Assembly (NCBI GenBank): GCA_035652955.1
Contig: DASRCU010000238.1
Location: forward strand, 1-55,764
Source: Verrucomicrobiia bacterium
Lineage (GTDB): Bacteria > Verrucomicrobiota > Verrucomicrobiia > Limisphaerales > UBA11358
DNA length: 55,764 nucleotides
Direction: 5' to 3'
Part shown: piece by piece, positions 39,475-50,694 of the stretch
How positions within the stretch are numbered: position 1 is the first letter of the stretch
How the letters are laid out: each line of letters opens with the position of its first letter
The notes under the pieces: model-generated
What the model saw: the letters and a program-made list of their open reading frames with translations, nothing else
Databases searched by the model: none
Told to the model about the DNA's origin: nothing
Translations under genes and position numbers: made by a program

Positions 39475-41868
39475 ATGAGCCGTTTACAAAAACGAATTGT
39501 CGCGGCCGCCGTGCTTGCCGGGCTGGGCGGATTTTTCATCATCGCCGGCTGCACGTCCGTCACAAAGACTCCCGCTCCGCCGCCGGCCAGTTCGGCATCG
39601 GCGCCGGCGCCGGCGCGCCTGGAACCCGGACCCAATGACGCGCGCATCGCCTACATCACCGCGCGGCTGATGGAAGACATGCAGTACTCGCACCAGCCGC
39701 TTGATCAGGAAATGTCCAAAAAGTTTTTCGACGATTACCTCAACGCCCTGGACCCGCGCCATGAAATTTTTTTGCAATCGGACCTGGACGAATTTAGCGA
39801 TTATCGGACAAATCTGGACCGACTCACTCTGGGTGAAGACCGCCGCGCGGATTTGACTCCGGCCTTTGTGATTTTCAAGCGATTCGAGCAACGGCTGCAG
39901 GAACGCACGGCCTACGTGGACCAATTGCTCAGGGAAGACCGCTTCCATCTCAATGCCGAGGAATCCATTCAACTGGACCGCCGCCACGCGCCGTGGCCGA
40001 AGGATTTGGCCCAGGCGCGGCAGCTCTGGCGCCAGGAAGTGGAGTACCGTTTTTTGCAGGAAAAATTGGACCGGGAAGTATCGCCTACCAACAGCCGCGT
40101 CGTGCTGCCGGTCTCGCGAAGCGCCGAGGAAGAGATCGCCGGGCATCTGATAAAAAATTACGACTGGACCCTGCGCCAGTTCACCAACTGGGATGGCGAG
40201 AACGTACTTTCCGCCTGGCTCAACGCCCTCACCCATGCTTATGACCCCCATTCGGATTATTTGAATCCGGAGAATGCCCAGACCTTCTCCATCACCATGA
40301 GCCTGTCGCTGTTCGGCATCGGGGCGACGCTCGGGGAGGATGACGGCTATTGCACCATTCAATCGCTGGTACCGGGCGGCCCGGCTGACAAAAGCAAACA
40401 GCTTCATCCCAAGGATCGCATCGTGGCTGTGGCGCAAAGCAACCAGCCCCCCGTCAACGTGGTGGATATGGAACTGCCGCGGGTGGTGGAAATGATCCGC
40501 GGCCCCAAAGGCACGCAGGTGCGGTTGACCATTATTCCCGCCAGCGATCCGACGACTCGCCGGGTCGTCACCCTGGTGCGGGATGAAATCAAACTCGAAG
40601 ATCAGGAAGCCAAGGCCGAACTGATCGAACGGCCCGATGGCCAGGGAGGCACCCACCGGCTGGGCATCATTGATTTGCCGTCGTTTTATGCCACCATCCC
40701 GCTGCCAGGCAACGAAGGCCATTCCTCGCCCAAATTCACCAGCGTGGATGTGGCCCGACTGATCAAAAAACTCGAACAGGAAAAAGTGGACGGCCTCATT
40801 CTGGATTTGCGCAACAATCCCGGCGGTTCACTGGAAGAGGCCATCCGCTTCACCGGCCTGTTCCTCAAGGACGGGCCGGTGGTGGTGGTCAAATCCTCCG
40901 ATGGAAACATTGACGTTAAACAGACCGCCACTTCCACTCCGCTATATTCCGGGCCGCTGGTGGTGCTGGTCAACCGGTTCAGCGCCTCCGCCGCGGAAAT
41001 CGTCGCCGCCGCACTGCAGGATTACGGCCGGGCGGTCATCGTGGGCGACAAATCCACCCATGGCAAGGGCACGGTGCAAAACCTCACTCCGCTGCGTCCT
41101 TTTCTTTCGCTGGCCAAACCAGCGGCCACCAATGATCCGGGCACACTCAAAATTACCATCAGCAAATTCTACCGCGTCACCGGCGCTTCCACGCAGTTGA
41201 AAGGGGTCGTCCCGGACATTGTGCTGCCGGATTTGCTGAACTACCTGCCGGGCATTGGCGAAAGCGCGCTCGAAAATCCATTGCCTTGGGACACCATTCC
41301 CAGTGCCAATTACACGCCACTGAACGAAGTGGCGCCTTACCTGGCCCTGCTCCGGCAATTGTCAGACGCGCGCGTGGCCACCAACCAGGACTTCATTTAT
41401 ATCCGGCAGGACATCGAGCGGTTTGAAAAACGGCATGAGGACAAAATCGCCACGCTCAATGAAGCCGAGGCGATCCGGCAACGTCAGGCCGACAACGCCC
41501 GCAGAGATGCGCGCCAGGCCGAAATCGCCGTGCGGCCATTGCCTGACGAACGCATTTACGACATCACCGTGGAAAATGCCGACCAGCCCGGTTTACCGCC
41601 GCCGGTGCCGTTGACGACCACCAACGAAATCATCGCCGTGATCTCGACCAACGCCAACGGCAGCATTTCGGCACTGACCACCAACCGCGATTTCGTCGTC
41701 GGCCTTCCGTTGAAGCTGCCCGGTCTGACCACCGCGCCGCCGGCACTGCCTTTTAATGCCGTCATCACCCGGCCCGATCCGGATCCGCTGCTGGCGGAGA
41801 CCGAACGCATTTTGGAGGATTATGCCGTCGCGATGAAAAAAAATGCCGCCTTGATGGTGAATCAGTAA
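39475..41868 (+). CDS. prc: Tail-specific (carboxy-terminal processing) protease, S41 family
   Basis: Lipoprotein-like N-terminus (IIAGC). PDZ domain (GIGATLGEDDGYCTIQSLVPGGPADKS). S41 core (LILDLRNNPGGSLEEA, NRFSASAAEIVAAALQDYGRAVIVGDKSTHGKGTVQ). 797 aa. Confidence 0.9.
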   Translation: MSRLQKRIVAAAVLAGLGGFFIIAGCTSVTKTPAPPPASSASAPAPARLEPGPNDARIAYITARLMEDMQYSHQPLDQEMSKKFFDDYLNALDPRHEIFLQSDLDEFSDYRTNLDRLTLGEDRRADLTPAFVIFKRFEQRLQERTAYVDQLLREDRFHLNAEESIQLDRRHAPWPKDLAQARQLWRQEVEYRFLQEKLDREVSPTNSRVVLPVSRSAEEEIAGHLIKNYDWTLRQFTNWDGENVLSAWLNALTHAYDPHSDYLNPENAQTFSITMSLSLFGIGATLGEDDGYCTIQSLVPGGPADKSKQLHPKDRIVAVAQSNQPPVNVVDMELPRVVEMIRGPKGTQVRLTIIPASDPTTRRVVTLVRDEIKLEDQEAKAELIERPDGQGGTHRLGIIDLPSFYATIPLPGNEGHSSPKFTSVDVARLIKKLEQEKVDGLILDLRNNPGGSLEEAIRFTGLFLKDGPVVVVKSSDGNIDVKQTATSTPLYSGPLVVLVNRFSASAAEIVAAALQDYGRAVIVGDKSTHGKGTVQNLTPLRPFLSLAKPAATNDPGTLKITISKFYRVTGASTQLKGVVPDIVLPDLLNYLPGIGESALENPLPWDTIPSANYTPLNEVAPYLALLRQLSDARVATNQDFIYIRQDIERFEKRHEDKIATLNEAEAIRQRQADNARRDARQAEIAVRPLPDERIYDITVENADQPGLPPPVPLTTTNEIIAVISTNANGSISALTTNRDFVVGLPLKLPGLTTAPPALPFNAVITRPDPDPLLAETERILEDYAVAMKKNAALMVNQ

Positions 41869-41927
41869 CCGACAAAACAAATTCGTGTGCCGCGGCGCCG
41901 CGGTGGCGCGGCCGCCGGCGGCCAGGA

Positions 41928-42155
41928 ATGGCTCCGGTGAGGCTTATGAAACGGAAAGAACGCCGCATCATTGCCTGCCCCACTTGCAAAAAACGGGGCG
42001 ACTGGTTTGCAGGAAAATACGGTCCGTTTTGCTCGCAGCGCTGCAAACTGATTGACCTGGGCAAATGGCTCGGCGGCGAACACGTGATTTCCGAGCCGCT
42101 GCTCCCGGAGCATGTCGAAAAATGGAGTGATGAATTCACGGAAACGGAGAATTGA
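41928..42155 (+). CDS. yacG: DNA gyrase inhibitor YacG (zinc-binding)
   Basis: [10 protein letters not shown]...[23 protein letters not shown]. 75 aa, or 69 aa if translation starts at the second Met. Confidence 0.8.
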   Translation: MAPVRLMKRKERRIIACPTCKKRGDWFAGKYGPFCSQRCKLIDLGKWLGGEHVISEPLLPEHVEKWSDEFTETEN

Positions 42156-42844
42156 AATTGAACATCGCGAACCGACCCTCTCGCCCAGCCGGCCTCCGAA
42201 CAGGGCCCCGGACAGCTTTCTTGACCGCTCGAGGCCGGGCGTGTGTGGCGGGGTGGTTTTTCGTTGTTTGCACCCTTGCCCAACCAACTAATGCCATGAA
42301 CACAAACCAGGTTGAAATTGCCGATCTGGGCGGCGGCTGCTTCTGGTGCATGGAAGCGGTCTTTGAACGGCTGCCCGGCGTCATTTCTGTCACCAGCGGC
42401 TTTGCCGGCGGCCACACCGAGAACCCAACCTACGAGCAGGTCTGCACCGGAACGACCGGCCACGCCGAAGTGACCGAAATTGTCTTTGACCCGTCGAAAA
42501 TTTCCTACGCGAAACTGCTCGATGTTTTCTGGCAGGCGCACGACCCTACCACGCTCAACCGTCAGGGCGCGGATGTGGGCACGCAGTACCGCTCCATCAT
42601 TTTGTATCGCAACGAAAAGCAGAAACTCCAAGCCGAGCAGTCAAAGCTCCAGGCCCAAAAGCATTTCAAGCATCCCATCGTGACGGAGATTGTGCCGTTG
42701 AAAAAATTTTATCCCGCCGAAGATTACCACCAGAAATATTACGATCGGAACACCGCCGCGCCTTACTGCCGGGTGGTGATTGCCCCCAAACTGGAAAAGC
42801 TGGAGAAAGAAAAGTTGATTCAACCGGCGCCGCAGACCCGGTGA
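42152..42844 (+). CDS. msrA: Peptide methionine (S)-sulfoxide reductase MsrA; the start codon is uncertain
   Basis: Catalytic domain [18 protein letters not shown]...[12 protein letters not shown]...[11 protein letters not shown]. Candidate starts are the TTG at 42152 (overlaps the yacG stop), the TTG at 42221 (gives a signal-peptide-like [25 protein letters not shown]) and the ATG at 42296 (cytoplasmic form). Confidence 0.88.
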   Translation: MKLNIANRPSRPAGLRTGPRTAFLTARGRACVAGWFFVVCTLAQPTNAMNTNQVEIADLGGGCFWCMEAVFERLPGVISVTSGFAGGHTENPTYEQVCTGTTGHAEVTEIVFDPSKISYAKLLDVFWQAHDPTTLNRQGADVGTQYRSIILYRNEKQKLQAEQSKLQAQKHFKHPIVTEIVPLKKFYPAEDYHQKYYDRNTAAPYCRVVIAPKLEKLEKEKLIQPAPQTR

Positions 42845-42895
42845 ATCTGAGCGTCAGTTTGCGCGCCAAATTTATTGCCGTCGCGGCGCGGGAGG

Positions 42896-42925
42896 TAAAA
42901 AGGCGGCCCGTTGCCGGACCGCCTT
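42896..42925 (-). terminator. Rho-independent terminator downstream of gap
   Basis: Plus strand reads AAAAAGGCGGCCCGTTGCCGGACCGCCTT. On the minus strand the AAGGCGG(T)CCG...CGG(G)CCGCCTT hairpin is followed by TTTTT. It lies 25 nt after the gap stop and is also positioned after msrA on the plus strand. Confidence 0.6.
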
Positions 42926-42949
42926 GAAAAGTCACCGGCCGCTTAAATG

Positions 42950-44026
<1,077 letters not shown>

Positions 44027-44348
44027 TCAGCGAACCGAGCCCACAATCTAGCGCCTGCGCGCGGCCCGTCAATGACGATTTCAGGAATAAAATTGTCAAA
44101 CGCAAACTGTTTTTTGCGCGAGACGTTCGCCCAACGGCAGCGGCCCCGGCGGCAAACGAATTCCTGCACCAGCGGCGGCGCCTTTTGAATTGCCGCCAGG
44201 TCAACCGGATCGCCAATCCGTGCCGGCCGGTGGCAGGCGCGACAATTTCCTGCGGCACGAAGGCATTTTGGAATTGAAAAGCCGCCGCCGGTAAGTTGCA
44301 ATGACGCCTCCGGTCTGCTCGCCGAGGTGAACGGACCGGGCGATTTCC

Positions 44349-45464
44349 ATGAGTACCGCCGAATTACGCCAGGCCGCCGCCGACAAACTGGAAGCCGCCG
44401 CCGGCCGCATTCCCCGCCTGACCGCCTTTCTCGGCTTCGACGGTTTTGTGGATGAAATTTTGCACGTGGTGGACAAGCGCGAGTCGGCGGAAACTTTCTC
44501 CCGCGTGACGACGATTGCCAAGTTTGCCGAGCGCATTGCCGCCGCTGCCGGCCGCAGCACCAACATCGAAATCGTCCACCGGCAAACCAAACTCGGCGGC
44601 AACGGCCCCATCATGGCCAACACCCTGGCCCGGTTCGGTCTGGAGGTGACTTATCTGGGCAGTTTGGGTTTCCCGACCATTCATCCGGCGTTTGACGAAT
44701 TTGCGCGGCGCGCGCGAGTGCATTCGCTGGCCGAGCCGGGCTTCACCAAGGCGCTGGAGTTTGAAGACGGCAAAATCATGCTTGGCCAGATCGAATCCCT
44801 CAAGGAAATCAACTGGCCAAACATCCAAACCCGGTTTGGCCGAGAAAAATTCACCGCTGCCTTTCAAACCGCCGCCCTGGTGGCACTGGTGAACTGGACC
44901 ATGCTGCCACACATGAGTTCGATCTGGGAAACACTCCAACGTGAGCTGTGTCCCACCCTCAACGGCCCCCGCCGGAAATTGTTCTTTGACTTGGCCGACC
45001 CGGAGAAGCGCCGGCCGGAGGACATTCGGCGCGCGCTGGAATTAATCGCCGCCTTTGAAAAATGGTTCGACGTCATCCTGGGGCTCAACGAAAAGGAAGC
45101 CGGCGAGATTGGGCGCGTGCTGGGATTGGAAACGGCGGATTCTTCCCGCAACGGTTTGATCCGGCTGGCGCAGGATATTCAAGGACGGGTGCCGATCAGC
45201 ACGCTCGTCGTCCATCCGGTGGCTTGGGCGCTGGCGGTCAGCCGCGGGGCGGTGTCGGCGGTGGACGGCCCGTTCACTCCCCAGCCGCTCCTCACCACCG
45301 GCGCGGGCGATCATTTCAACGCCGGATTCTGTCTGGGCAAGTTGCTGGGATTTGACGACTCAACCAGTCTGCTGTGCGGCGTGGGCACCAGCGGCTTTTA
45401 CGTGCGCACCGCGCAAAGCCCCGGCGTGCGCGACCTGGCCGATTTTTTGCGCACCTGGAAGTGA
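44349..45464 (+). CDS. Ribokinase-superfamily sugar kinase resembling ADP-dependent glucokinase/phosphofructokinase
   Basis: TKLGGNGPIMANTLARFG, ILGLNEKEAGEI (NExE-type motif) and the C-terminal TTGAGDHFNAGFCLG. Divergent from gap. Confidence 0.55.
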   Translation: MSTAELRQAAADKLEAAAGRIPRLTAFLGFDGFVDEILHVVDKRESAETFSRVTTIAKFAERIAAAAGRSTNIEIVHRQTKLGGNGPIMANTLARFGLEVTYLGSLGFPTIHPAFDEFARRARVHSLAEPGFTKALEFEDGKIMLGQIESLKEINWPNIQTRFGREKFTAAFQTAALVALVNWTMLPHMSSIWETLQRELCPTLNGPRRKLFFDLADPEKRRPEDIRRALELIAAFEKWFDVILGLNEKEAGEIGRVLGLETADSSRNGLIRLAQDIQGRVPISTLVVHPVAWALAVSRGAVSAVDGPFTPQPLLTTGAGDHFNAGFCLGKLLGFDDSTSLLCGVGTSGFYVRTAQSPGVRDLADFLRTWK

Positions 45465-46033
45465 AATCGCCGCTCGTTGCGTTGTTCATTATGCCGGGTG
45501 GACGCGCATTTTGGACCTCCCGGCTTGACGCTTTGAAAAAATTCCGCGGGATGGCATCGCCTGGAGAGAATGCGCCGCTGCAAACTTTGTTTCCGTAGAA
45601 AAACGACGCCCTGCCGGTTCACTCTGCCGAGCGGTTTGTCCTCACAAACCCGACGCATGAACGTACCGTTGGGTAAAAAGCCGGGAGATGTTGGAGAATT
45701 TTGGAGGCGGAGCTGGCGAAGCGGGCGGTCGGAGACCATGTTCATCGGCTTACTGGTTGAGTTGAGGAGTGGATGATTTGGAGAAAGGGCTTTGCGGCAG
45801 CAAGGTCCTTTTTGGTTTGCTGCTCTTGTTTCTTCGGCCTTGGCGAGTTTGCCGCTTGGCTTGGGCCAGAAGGTCGGGACAGAGGAGTAGCCTGCCAGCG
45901 GCAGTACCTCTTGGAGAAGTTCGAAGAAGTGCCACGGTCTCCGACTATTCAGAAGTTTCTTTCATTTTTCGTTGGTTTTTACGCGGACGGCGAGTTAGAA
46001 TGAGGCTGCAACCAAGGCAACCACAGCGCGCTT

Positions 46034-46534
46034 ATGGAAATCATTTTCAATTGCCCGCATTGTGATCAGGAATTGTCAGTGGACAGCGAGGGTGCCGGCA
46101 CGCAAATCCCCTGTCCCACCTGCGGCGAAACCATCACCATTCCGTCTCAGGGCAAAGTCACCACCGGCTCGCTTCCGGCGACGCCGCCGGCTTCGGGGCC
46201 GAATCCCATTGCGGCTTCGGCAGCGGCCAAGGTGCCGATGCATTTGAAAGTGCCGGTGCGTTCCACCCCCGCCGAAAGCCTCATTCAAAAACCGCCGGTG
46301 CCGCTGGACGCCGTGGCCAAAGGCGCCGACCGGCAGATTCACGTCAAAACCATTCGCCATGCCCAATGCTTCGAGGTGGGCCACGATAAATTTGACGAGG
46401 TGGTCTCAAAATTCCTGGCGCAAGTGGGCGAGCAAAACATCATCAGCATCCATCCCATCAATTACGAGCACTTCGACGTCCAGACGCAAAAGGTGATGAC
46501 GGATTTCGGCTTGACGATTATCTATCGCGGTTGA
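46034..46534 (+). CDS. Zinc-ribbon hypothetical protein (166 aa)
   Basis: MEIIFNCPHCDQELSVDSEGAGTQIPCPTCGETITIP (CxxC...CxxC), then a Pro/Ala-rich linker and a small C-terminal alpha/beta-looking domain (IHVKTIRH...NIISIHPINYEHFD...GLTIIYRG). Confidence 0.65.
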   Translation: MEIIFNCPHCDQELSVDSEGAGTQIPCPTCGETITIPSQGKVTTGSLPATPPASGPNPIAASAAAKVPMHLKVPVRSTPAESLIQKPPVPLDAVAKGADRQIHVKTIRHAQCFEVGHDKFDEVVSKFLAQVGEQNIISIHPINYEHFDVQTQKVMTDFGLTIIYRG

Positions 46535-46609
46535 AGGCGGCCGGCAAAGCGGCGGCGGCGTTCGGCAGGCGGCATTTTCGGTTGGGACCAGAGGTCGGGC
46601 GCCGGGCGC

Positions 46610-48004
46610 CTAATCTTCCGCCCGCTCGCCACCCGGCGCCATTTTCACCAGCCGGGGCTTGAACTCGCCCAGCACAGTGACCAAATCCTTTTGCGCCGCC
46701 ATCACGTCGTGGATGTTTTTGTAGGCCATAGGCACTTCATCCAGACCGGCGCTGAGCAGCGTGACTCCTTGCTCCTGGAGAAAGCGGTTCACGTCTTTCC
46801 AGTTAAATTTCCCGGTGGCGGCCCGGCGACTCATGGCGCGACCGGCGCCATGCGCCGCCGAGTGGAGTGATTGGGGATTGCCCTTGCCACACACGACAAA
46901 GCCCGGCGCGGCCATGGAGCCGGGGATGATGCCCAGCATGCCGGGAGCCGCCGGCGTGGCACCTTTGCGATGCACGATGACTTCGCGTTCCACGCCGCCG
47001 ACGAGGTGTTTTTCTTTCCAGGCGAAATTATGGTGGTTTTCCAGGTCCAGCAGGACCTGTGCGCCGAGATGTTGAGCGATGTGCCGGTGGATGCAGGCGT
47101 GGTTCGCTGCCGCGTAGCGGCCCATCAATTCCATTGCCTGCCAATATTCCTGTCCTTCCGGTGAATCCAGCGGCAGCCAGGCAAGCCGCTGCAATTCCCG
47201 GGGCAATTCCGGGTGCTTCTTTATGGCCAGCTTGCTGTAATAATCACACACCGCCGCGCCGGTGCCGCGACTGCCGCTGTGGGACAACAGCGCCACATAA
47301 GTTCCCGGCTCCAGTTCCTTGATGCGGGTGTGCGCGGTGAACAGGCCGAATTCGACAAAATGGTTCCCGCTGCCGCTGGTGCCCAGTTGTGCCCAGGCGC
47401 GATCCTTGTTCTGTCGGGTGACCGGGCTGACCGACCAATCGGCATCCATCACTTCGTGCTCGCGGCGTTTGTGGAAGGTGGCACCCACGCCAAAGCGGGT
47501 TTCGGTTTCAATGGCGCGTCGAAACCGATCCTGGTACCGTTCCCAATCGCGCACGGGAATATCCAGCACCGTCATTTTCATCCGGCAGGCGATGTCCACC
47601 CCCACCGCAAAGGGAATCACCGCGTTGTCCGTGGCCAGCACGCCGCCAATCGGCAGCCCGTAACCCACGTGGGCATCCGGCATCAACGCCCCCGCCACGG
47701 AAACCGGCAATTGACACGCTTGTTCCATTTGCCTGACTGCCTGGCGGTCCAAGTCGCTGCCCCACTGATGGAACTTGACTGGTCCGGTGTGCGCCGGCGG
47801 GAGGGCCTCCAGCAACGCCCGCGCGAAGTCGCCGCGCAACGGATCGTCTGCAAACGCCGCGGGATGGGCGACGATGGCCGCCACCTCTTCGCGCAGCCGC
47901 GACGGGTCGCCACCGCCCTGCACGAAACGGGAAACAAAATCGGCCGCCCGCCGCGCGGCTTCGCCCGGCGGCACACCCCATTCCTCAAAATCCTTTGCGT
48001 TCAT
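46610..48004 (-). CDS. rtcB: RNA 3'-phosphate/5'-OH ligase RtcB
   Basis: PDAHVGYGLPIGGV, SGSGNHFVEF, LSHSGSRGTGAAV, HHNFAW and AAHGAGR motifs. 464 aa. Confidence 0.93.
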   Translation of the reverse strand: MNAKDFEEWGVPPGEAARRAADFVSRFVQGGGDPSRLREEVAAIVAHPAAFADDPLRGDFARALLEALPPAHTGPVKFHQWGSDLDRQAVRQMEQACQLPVSVAGALMPDAHVGYGLPIGGVLATDNAVIPFAVGVDIACRMKMTVLDIPVRDWERYQDRFRRAIETETRFGVGATFHKRREHEVMDADWSVSPVTRQNKDRAWAQLGTSGSGNHFVEFGLFTAHTRIKELEPGTYVALLSHSGSRGTGAAVCDYYSKLAIKKHPELPRELQRLAWLPLDSPEGQEYWQAMELMGRYAAANHACIHRHIAQHLGAQVLLDLENHHNFAWKEKHLVGGVEREVIVHRKGATPAAPGMLGIIPGSMAAPGFVVCGKGNPQSLHSAAHGAGRAMSRRAATGKFNWKDVNRFLQEQGVTLLSAGLDEVPMAYKNIHDVMAAQKDLVTVLGEFKPRLVKMAPGGERAED

Positions 48005-48173
48005 GGTGGAACATTCCCGGATAAGGTAACCTCCTGCGCCGCGACGTAAAGGGGAGGAGGTTGTTTTCAGCAGCCGTCAGAGAGAGAAGTGCAGCGGGGC
48101 GGAGGCCGCCTCGCGGAGCGGGGAATTTCCGGCGGCGGGCCATTGCCAGGCGTGGGCCGGTTTACCGGAAGAT

Positions 48174-49316
48174 TCACACTTTCACCCATTTGCCTTTGGC
48201 AGATGACTCTTCCACGGCCGCCAGGACGCGCTGGTTTTTCAGACCATCCTCAAACGTCGGCGGCACCGGTTTGCCTTCGGCGCAGGCGTTCACAAAATCC
48301 GCCACGGTGTGGATGAAGGTGTGTTCGTAGCCCAGGCCGTGGCCTGGCGGCCACCAGCGGTCCACGTAGGGATGCACACCGTCGCGCTCGGTCACGAGAA
48401 TGTCGCGGAAACCGCGGCGGTCGGCGGGATCGGCGCCATTGTAAAATTTCAGACGATTCATGTCCTCGAAATCGAAATAAATCGAGCCTTGGCCGCCGTT
48501 GATTTCGATCTCAATGTGATTTTTCCGGCCGGAAGCGTAGCGGGTGGCTTCGAGGTTCGCCAGCACGCCGCCGTCCATCCAGCCCAGAAAGGCCGAGACG
48601 TCCGGCACATTCACCTGGCCCATTTTGCGCGGACCTTTGGCCGGCGAATCGGCTACTGGCCGTTCGGGAACAAAGGTATGGACCAGGCCGAGCACCTCGC
48701 TGAATTCGCCGATGAGATAGCGTCCCAGATCAATCACGTGCGAGCCGATGTCGCTGTGCACGCCGCTGCCGCTGGTTTCTTTTCGCAGGCGCCAGTCCAA
48801 CGGAAAATCCGGGTCAGCCAGCCGGTCCTGCGCGTAGCGGGCGCGGAAATGGTAAAGCCGGCCCAGCGCGCCCTCGGCGATGATGCGCCTGGCCAGCGCC
48901 AAGGCCGGGATGCGTCGGTAATTGTGGCAGACCATGTGGACGATCCGGGCCTTTTGCGCGGCGGCGAGCATTTGTTCGGCCTGTTTGACGTTCAGCGCGA
49001 AAACTTTTTCGCACAAAACATGTTTGCCGTGCTGCGCGGCGGCAATGGCGATCTCGGCGTGCAAGTGAGGCGGAGCGGCAATGTCCACGATGTCAATCAG
49101 CGGCGATTCCACCACGTCGCGCCAATCAGTGACGGCATGTTGCCAGCCGAGAGTCGCGCGGGCGGCCTGCACGGCAGCGGCATCGCGTCCGCAAAGCGTG
49201 TGCAACTCGATATGGGCTTTGAGGTTGAAGAAGCGGGGCGCCTGCCGCCAGGCATTGGAATGGGCACGGCCCATGAAACGATAGCCGATCAGTCCAATGC
49301 GAAAGGTTTTGGCCAT
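48174..49316 (-). CDS. Gfo/Idh/MocA-family NAD(P)-dependent oxidoreductase
   Basis: The ATG at 49316 gives [23 protein letters not shown] (Rossmann GxGxxG-like), followed by EKVFALN and a C-terminal alpha/beta domain. Confidence 0.88.
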   Translation of the reverse strand: MAKTFRIGLIGYRFMGRAHSNAWRQAPRFFNLKAHIELHTLCGRDAAAVQAARATLGWQHAVTDWRDVVESPLIDIVDIAAPPHLHAEIAIAAAQHGKHVLCEKVFALNVKQAEQMLAAAQKARIVHMVCHNYRRIPALALARRIIAEGALGRLYHFRARYAQDRLADPDFPLDWRLRKETSGSGVHSDIGSHVIDLGRYLIGEFSEVLGLVHTFVPERPVADSPAKGPRKMGQVNVPDVSAFLGWMDGGVLANLEATRYASGRKNHIEIEINGGQGSIYFDFEDMNRLKFYNGADPADRRGFRDILVTERDGVHPYVDRWWPPGHGLGYEHTFIHTVADFVNACAEGKPVPPTFEDGLKNQRVLAAVEESSAKGKWVKV

Positions 49317-49380
49317 AAAACTTAAGGTTGAACTGGATTGGCTGGTCTTTATAGTGAGCCGCGGGAACCAAGTCAAACAA

Positions 49381-50394
49381 ATGCCTTTCACCACCGCCGA
49401 AATCGCAAAATTGATAGACGGCGAAGTCGTTGGAGACCCCTCCGCCGTGCTCCGGAATTTTGCCCCCGCCGAAAGCGCTCAAGCCGGTGACCTGACGTTT
49501 GCCGAGAACGAGGATTATTTCGCGCGTGCCGAACAAAGCGCCGCCACCGCCATCATCGCCGAGAAACGATTTTCCTCCGCCACCAAAACGCTGATTCACG
49601 TGCCCAACGCGCGCGTGGCCTTTGCCCGGGCGCTGGCCCTGTTTTTTCCGGAACAGAAATCTCCCCCCGGCGTTCATCCCACGGCGGTGATCGCCAGCTC
49701 CGCGCAAATTGATCCCAGCGCGCACATTGGACCGCATTGCGTGGTAGGCGAGCGCGTGAAAATCGGCGCCCGCACCGTTCTGCAGGCCGGCTGCTGTGTG
49801 GGCGACGATTCACGGCTTGGCGAGGACGTGAAGGTGTTCCCGAACGTGACGATTTATCCGCGCACGGAAATCGGCCATCGCGTCCGCATTCACGCCGGCA
49901 CGGTAGTGGGGGCGGACGGTTTTGGTTATGTGCTGGACAACGGCGCGCATCGCAAGGTGCCGCAAATTGGCAACGTGGTGATCGGCGACGACGTGGAAAT
50001 TGGGGCCAACGTGACGATTGACCGCGGCGCGCTCGGCTCAACGGTCATCGGCAAAGGCACGAAGATTGACAACCTGGTGCAGATTGCGCACAACGTCGAA
50101 ATCGGCGAACACAGCATCATTGTCGCGCAGGTGGGCATTTCCGGCAGCACCAGGTTGGGCAAAGGAGTGATTCTGGCCGGCCAGGTTGGTTTGGCCGGAC
50201 ATTTGAAAATTGGCAATCAGGTGACCATTGCCGCCAAGTCCGGCGTGATGCACGACATTCCCGATGGCGAAAAGTGGCTGGGCATTCCCGCCCAGCCGGA
50301 CAAGGACTTCAAACGCCAGGTCGTTGCCCTGCGCAAACTGCCTGAATTGCTCCGGCGCGTGGCCGAATTGGAAAAAAAACTCGGCAGCGCGTGA
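49381..50394 (+). CDS. lpxD: UDP-3-O-acylglucosamine N-acyltransferase
   Basis: The ATG at 49381 gives [40 protein letters not shown]. Long hexapeptide-repeat region ([45 protein letters not shown]) and a C-terminal helix. Confidence 0.93.
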   Translation: MPFTTAEIAKLIDGEVVGDPSAVLRNFAPAESAQAGDLTFAENEDYFARAEQSAATAIIAEKRFSSATKTLIHVPNARVAFARALALFFPEQKSPPGVHPTAVIASSAQIDPSAHIGPHCVVGERVKIGARTVLQAGCCVGDDSRLGEDVKVFPNVTIYPRTEIGHRVRIHAGTVVGADGFGYVLDNGAHRKVPQIGNVVIGDDVEIGANVTIDRGALGSTVIGKGTKIDNLVQIAHNVEIGEHSIIVAQVGISGSTRLGKGVILAGQVGLAGHLKIGNQVTIAAKSGVMHDIPDGEKWLGIPAQPDKDFKRQVVALRKLPELLRRVAELEKKLGSA

Positions 50395-50406
50395 GGAGGA
50401 ACACCT

Positions 50407-50431
50407 CCGCACCGAGGACGGTGCGGCTTTC
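50407..50431 (+). terminator. Candidate terminator hairpin after lpxD
   Basis: CCGCACCG-AGGA-CGGTGCGG is a perfect 8-bp stem, followed by CTTTC. It begins 13 nt after the lpxD stop. Confidence 0.45.
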
Positions 50432-50694
50432 AGGTGATCCGCGCTGCCGCGAAGGAACACCGTGCTGCGGTGCCGCCGGACGGCTTGTTCCCATCCCAAA
50501 ACGGCCACCTGCAAATCGGCCTGGGCGATTAGGCTCCGGCCGCAAAAGCAAACAAAGAGTGGAGCCGCTGCCAATGCTGGGTGCCTGCCGCAAAAAGGTA
50601 GCGACAGGGTCGGATTCGCAGTAAGTTTTCAGAAACCGGCAAAAACGCCGCGGATGGTGGCGTTTGGAAACGCTGGGGCAGAGCTGTCATTTGA

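Noticed and set aside
39484-40722. Minus-strand 412-aa ORF opposite prc, and similar shadow ORFs at 42947-43801 (+), 48309-49325 (+) and 52996-53910 (-)
   Set aside because: They lie opposite clearly identified genes (prc, gap, the Gfo/Idh/MocA gene and the kinase) and carry no motifs.
45465-46033. tmRNA, RNase P RNA or SRP RNA in the 570-nt spacer
   Set aside because: The conserved landmarks were not present (GGAAAGTCCGGGC-type CR-I, a tRNA-like CCA end with a T-arm, or the GGAAGCAGCC SRP motif).
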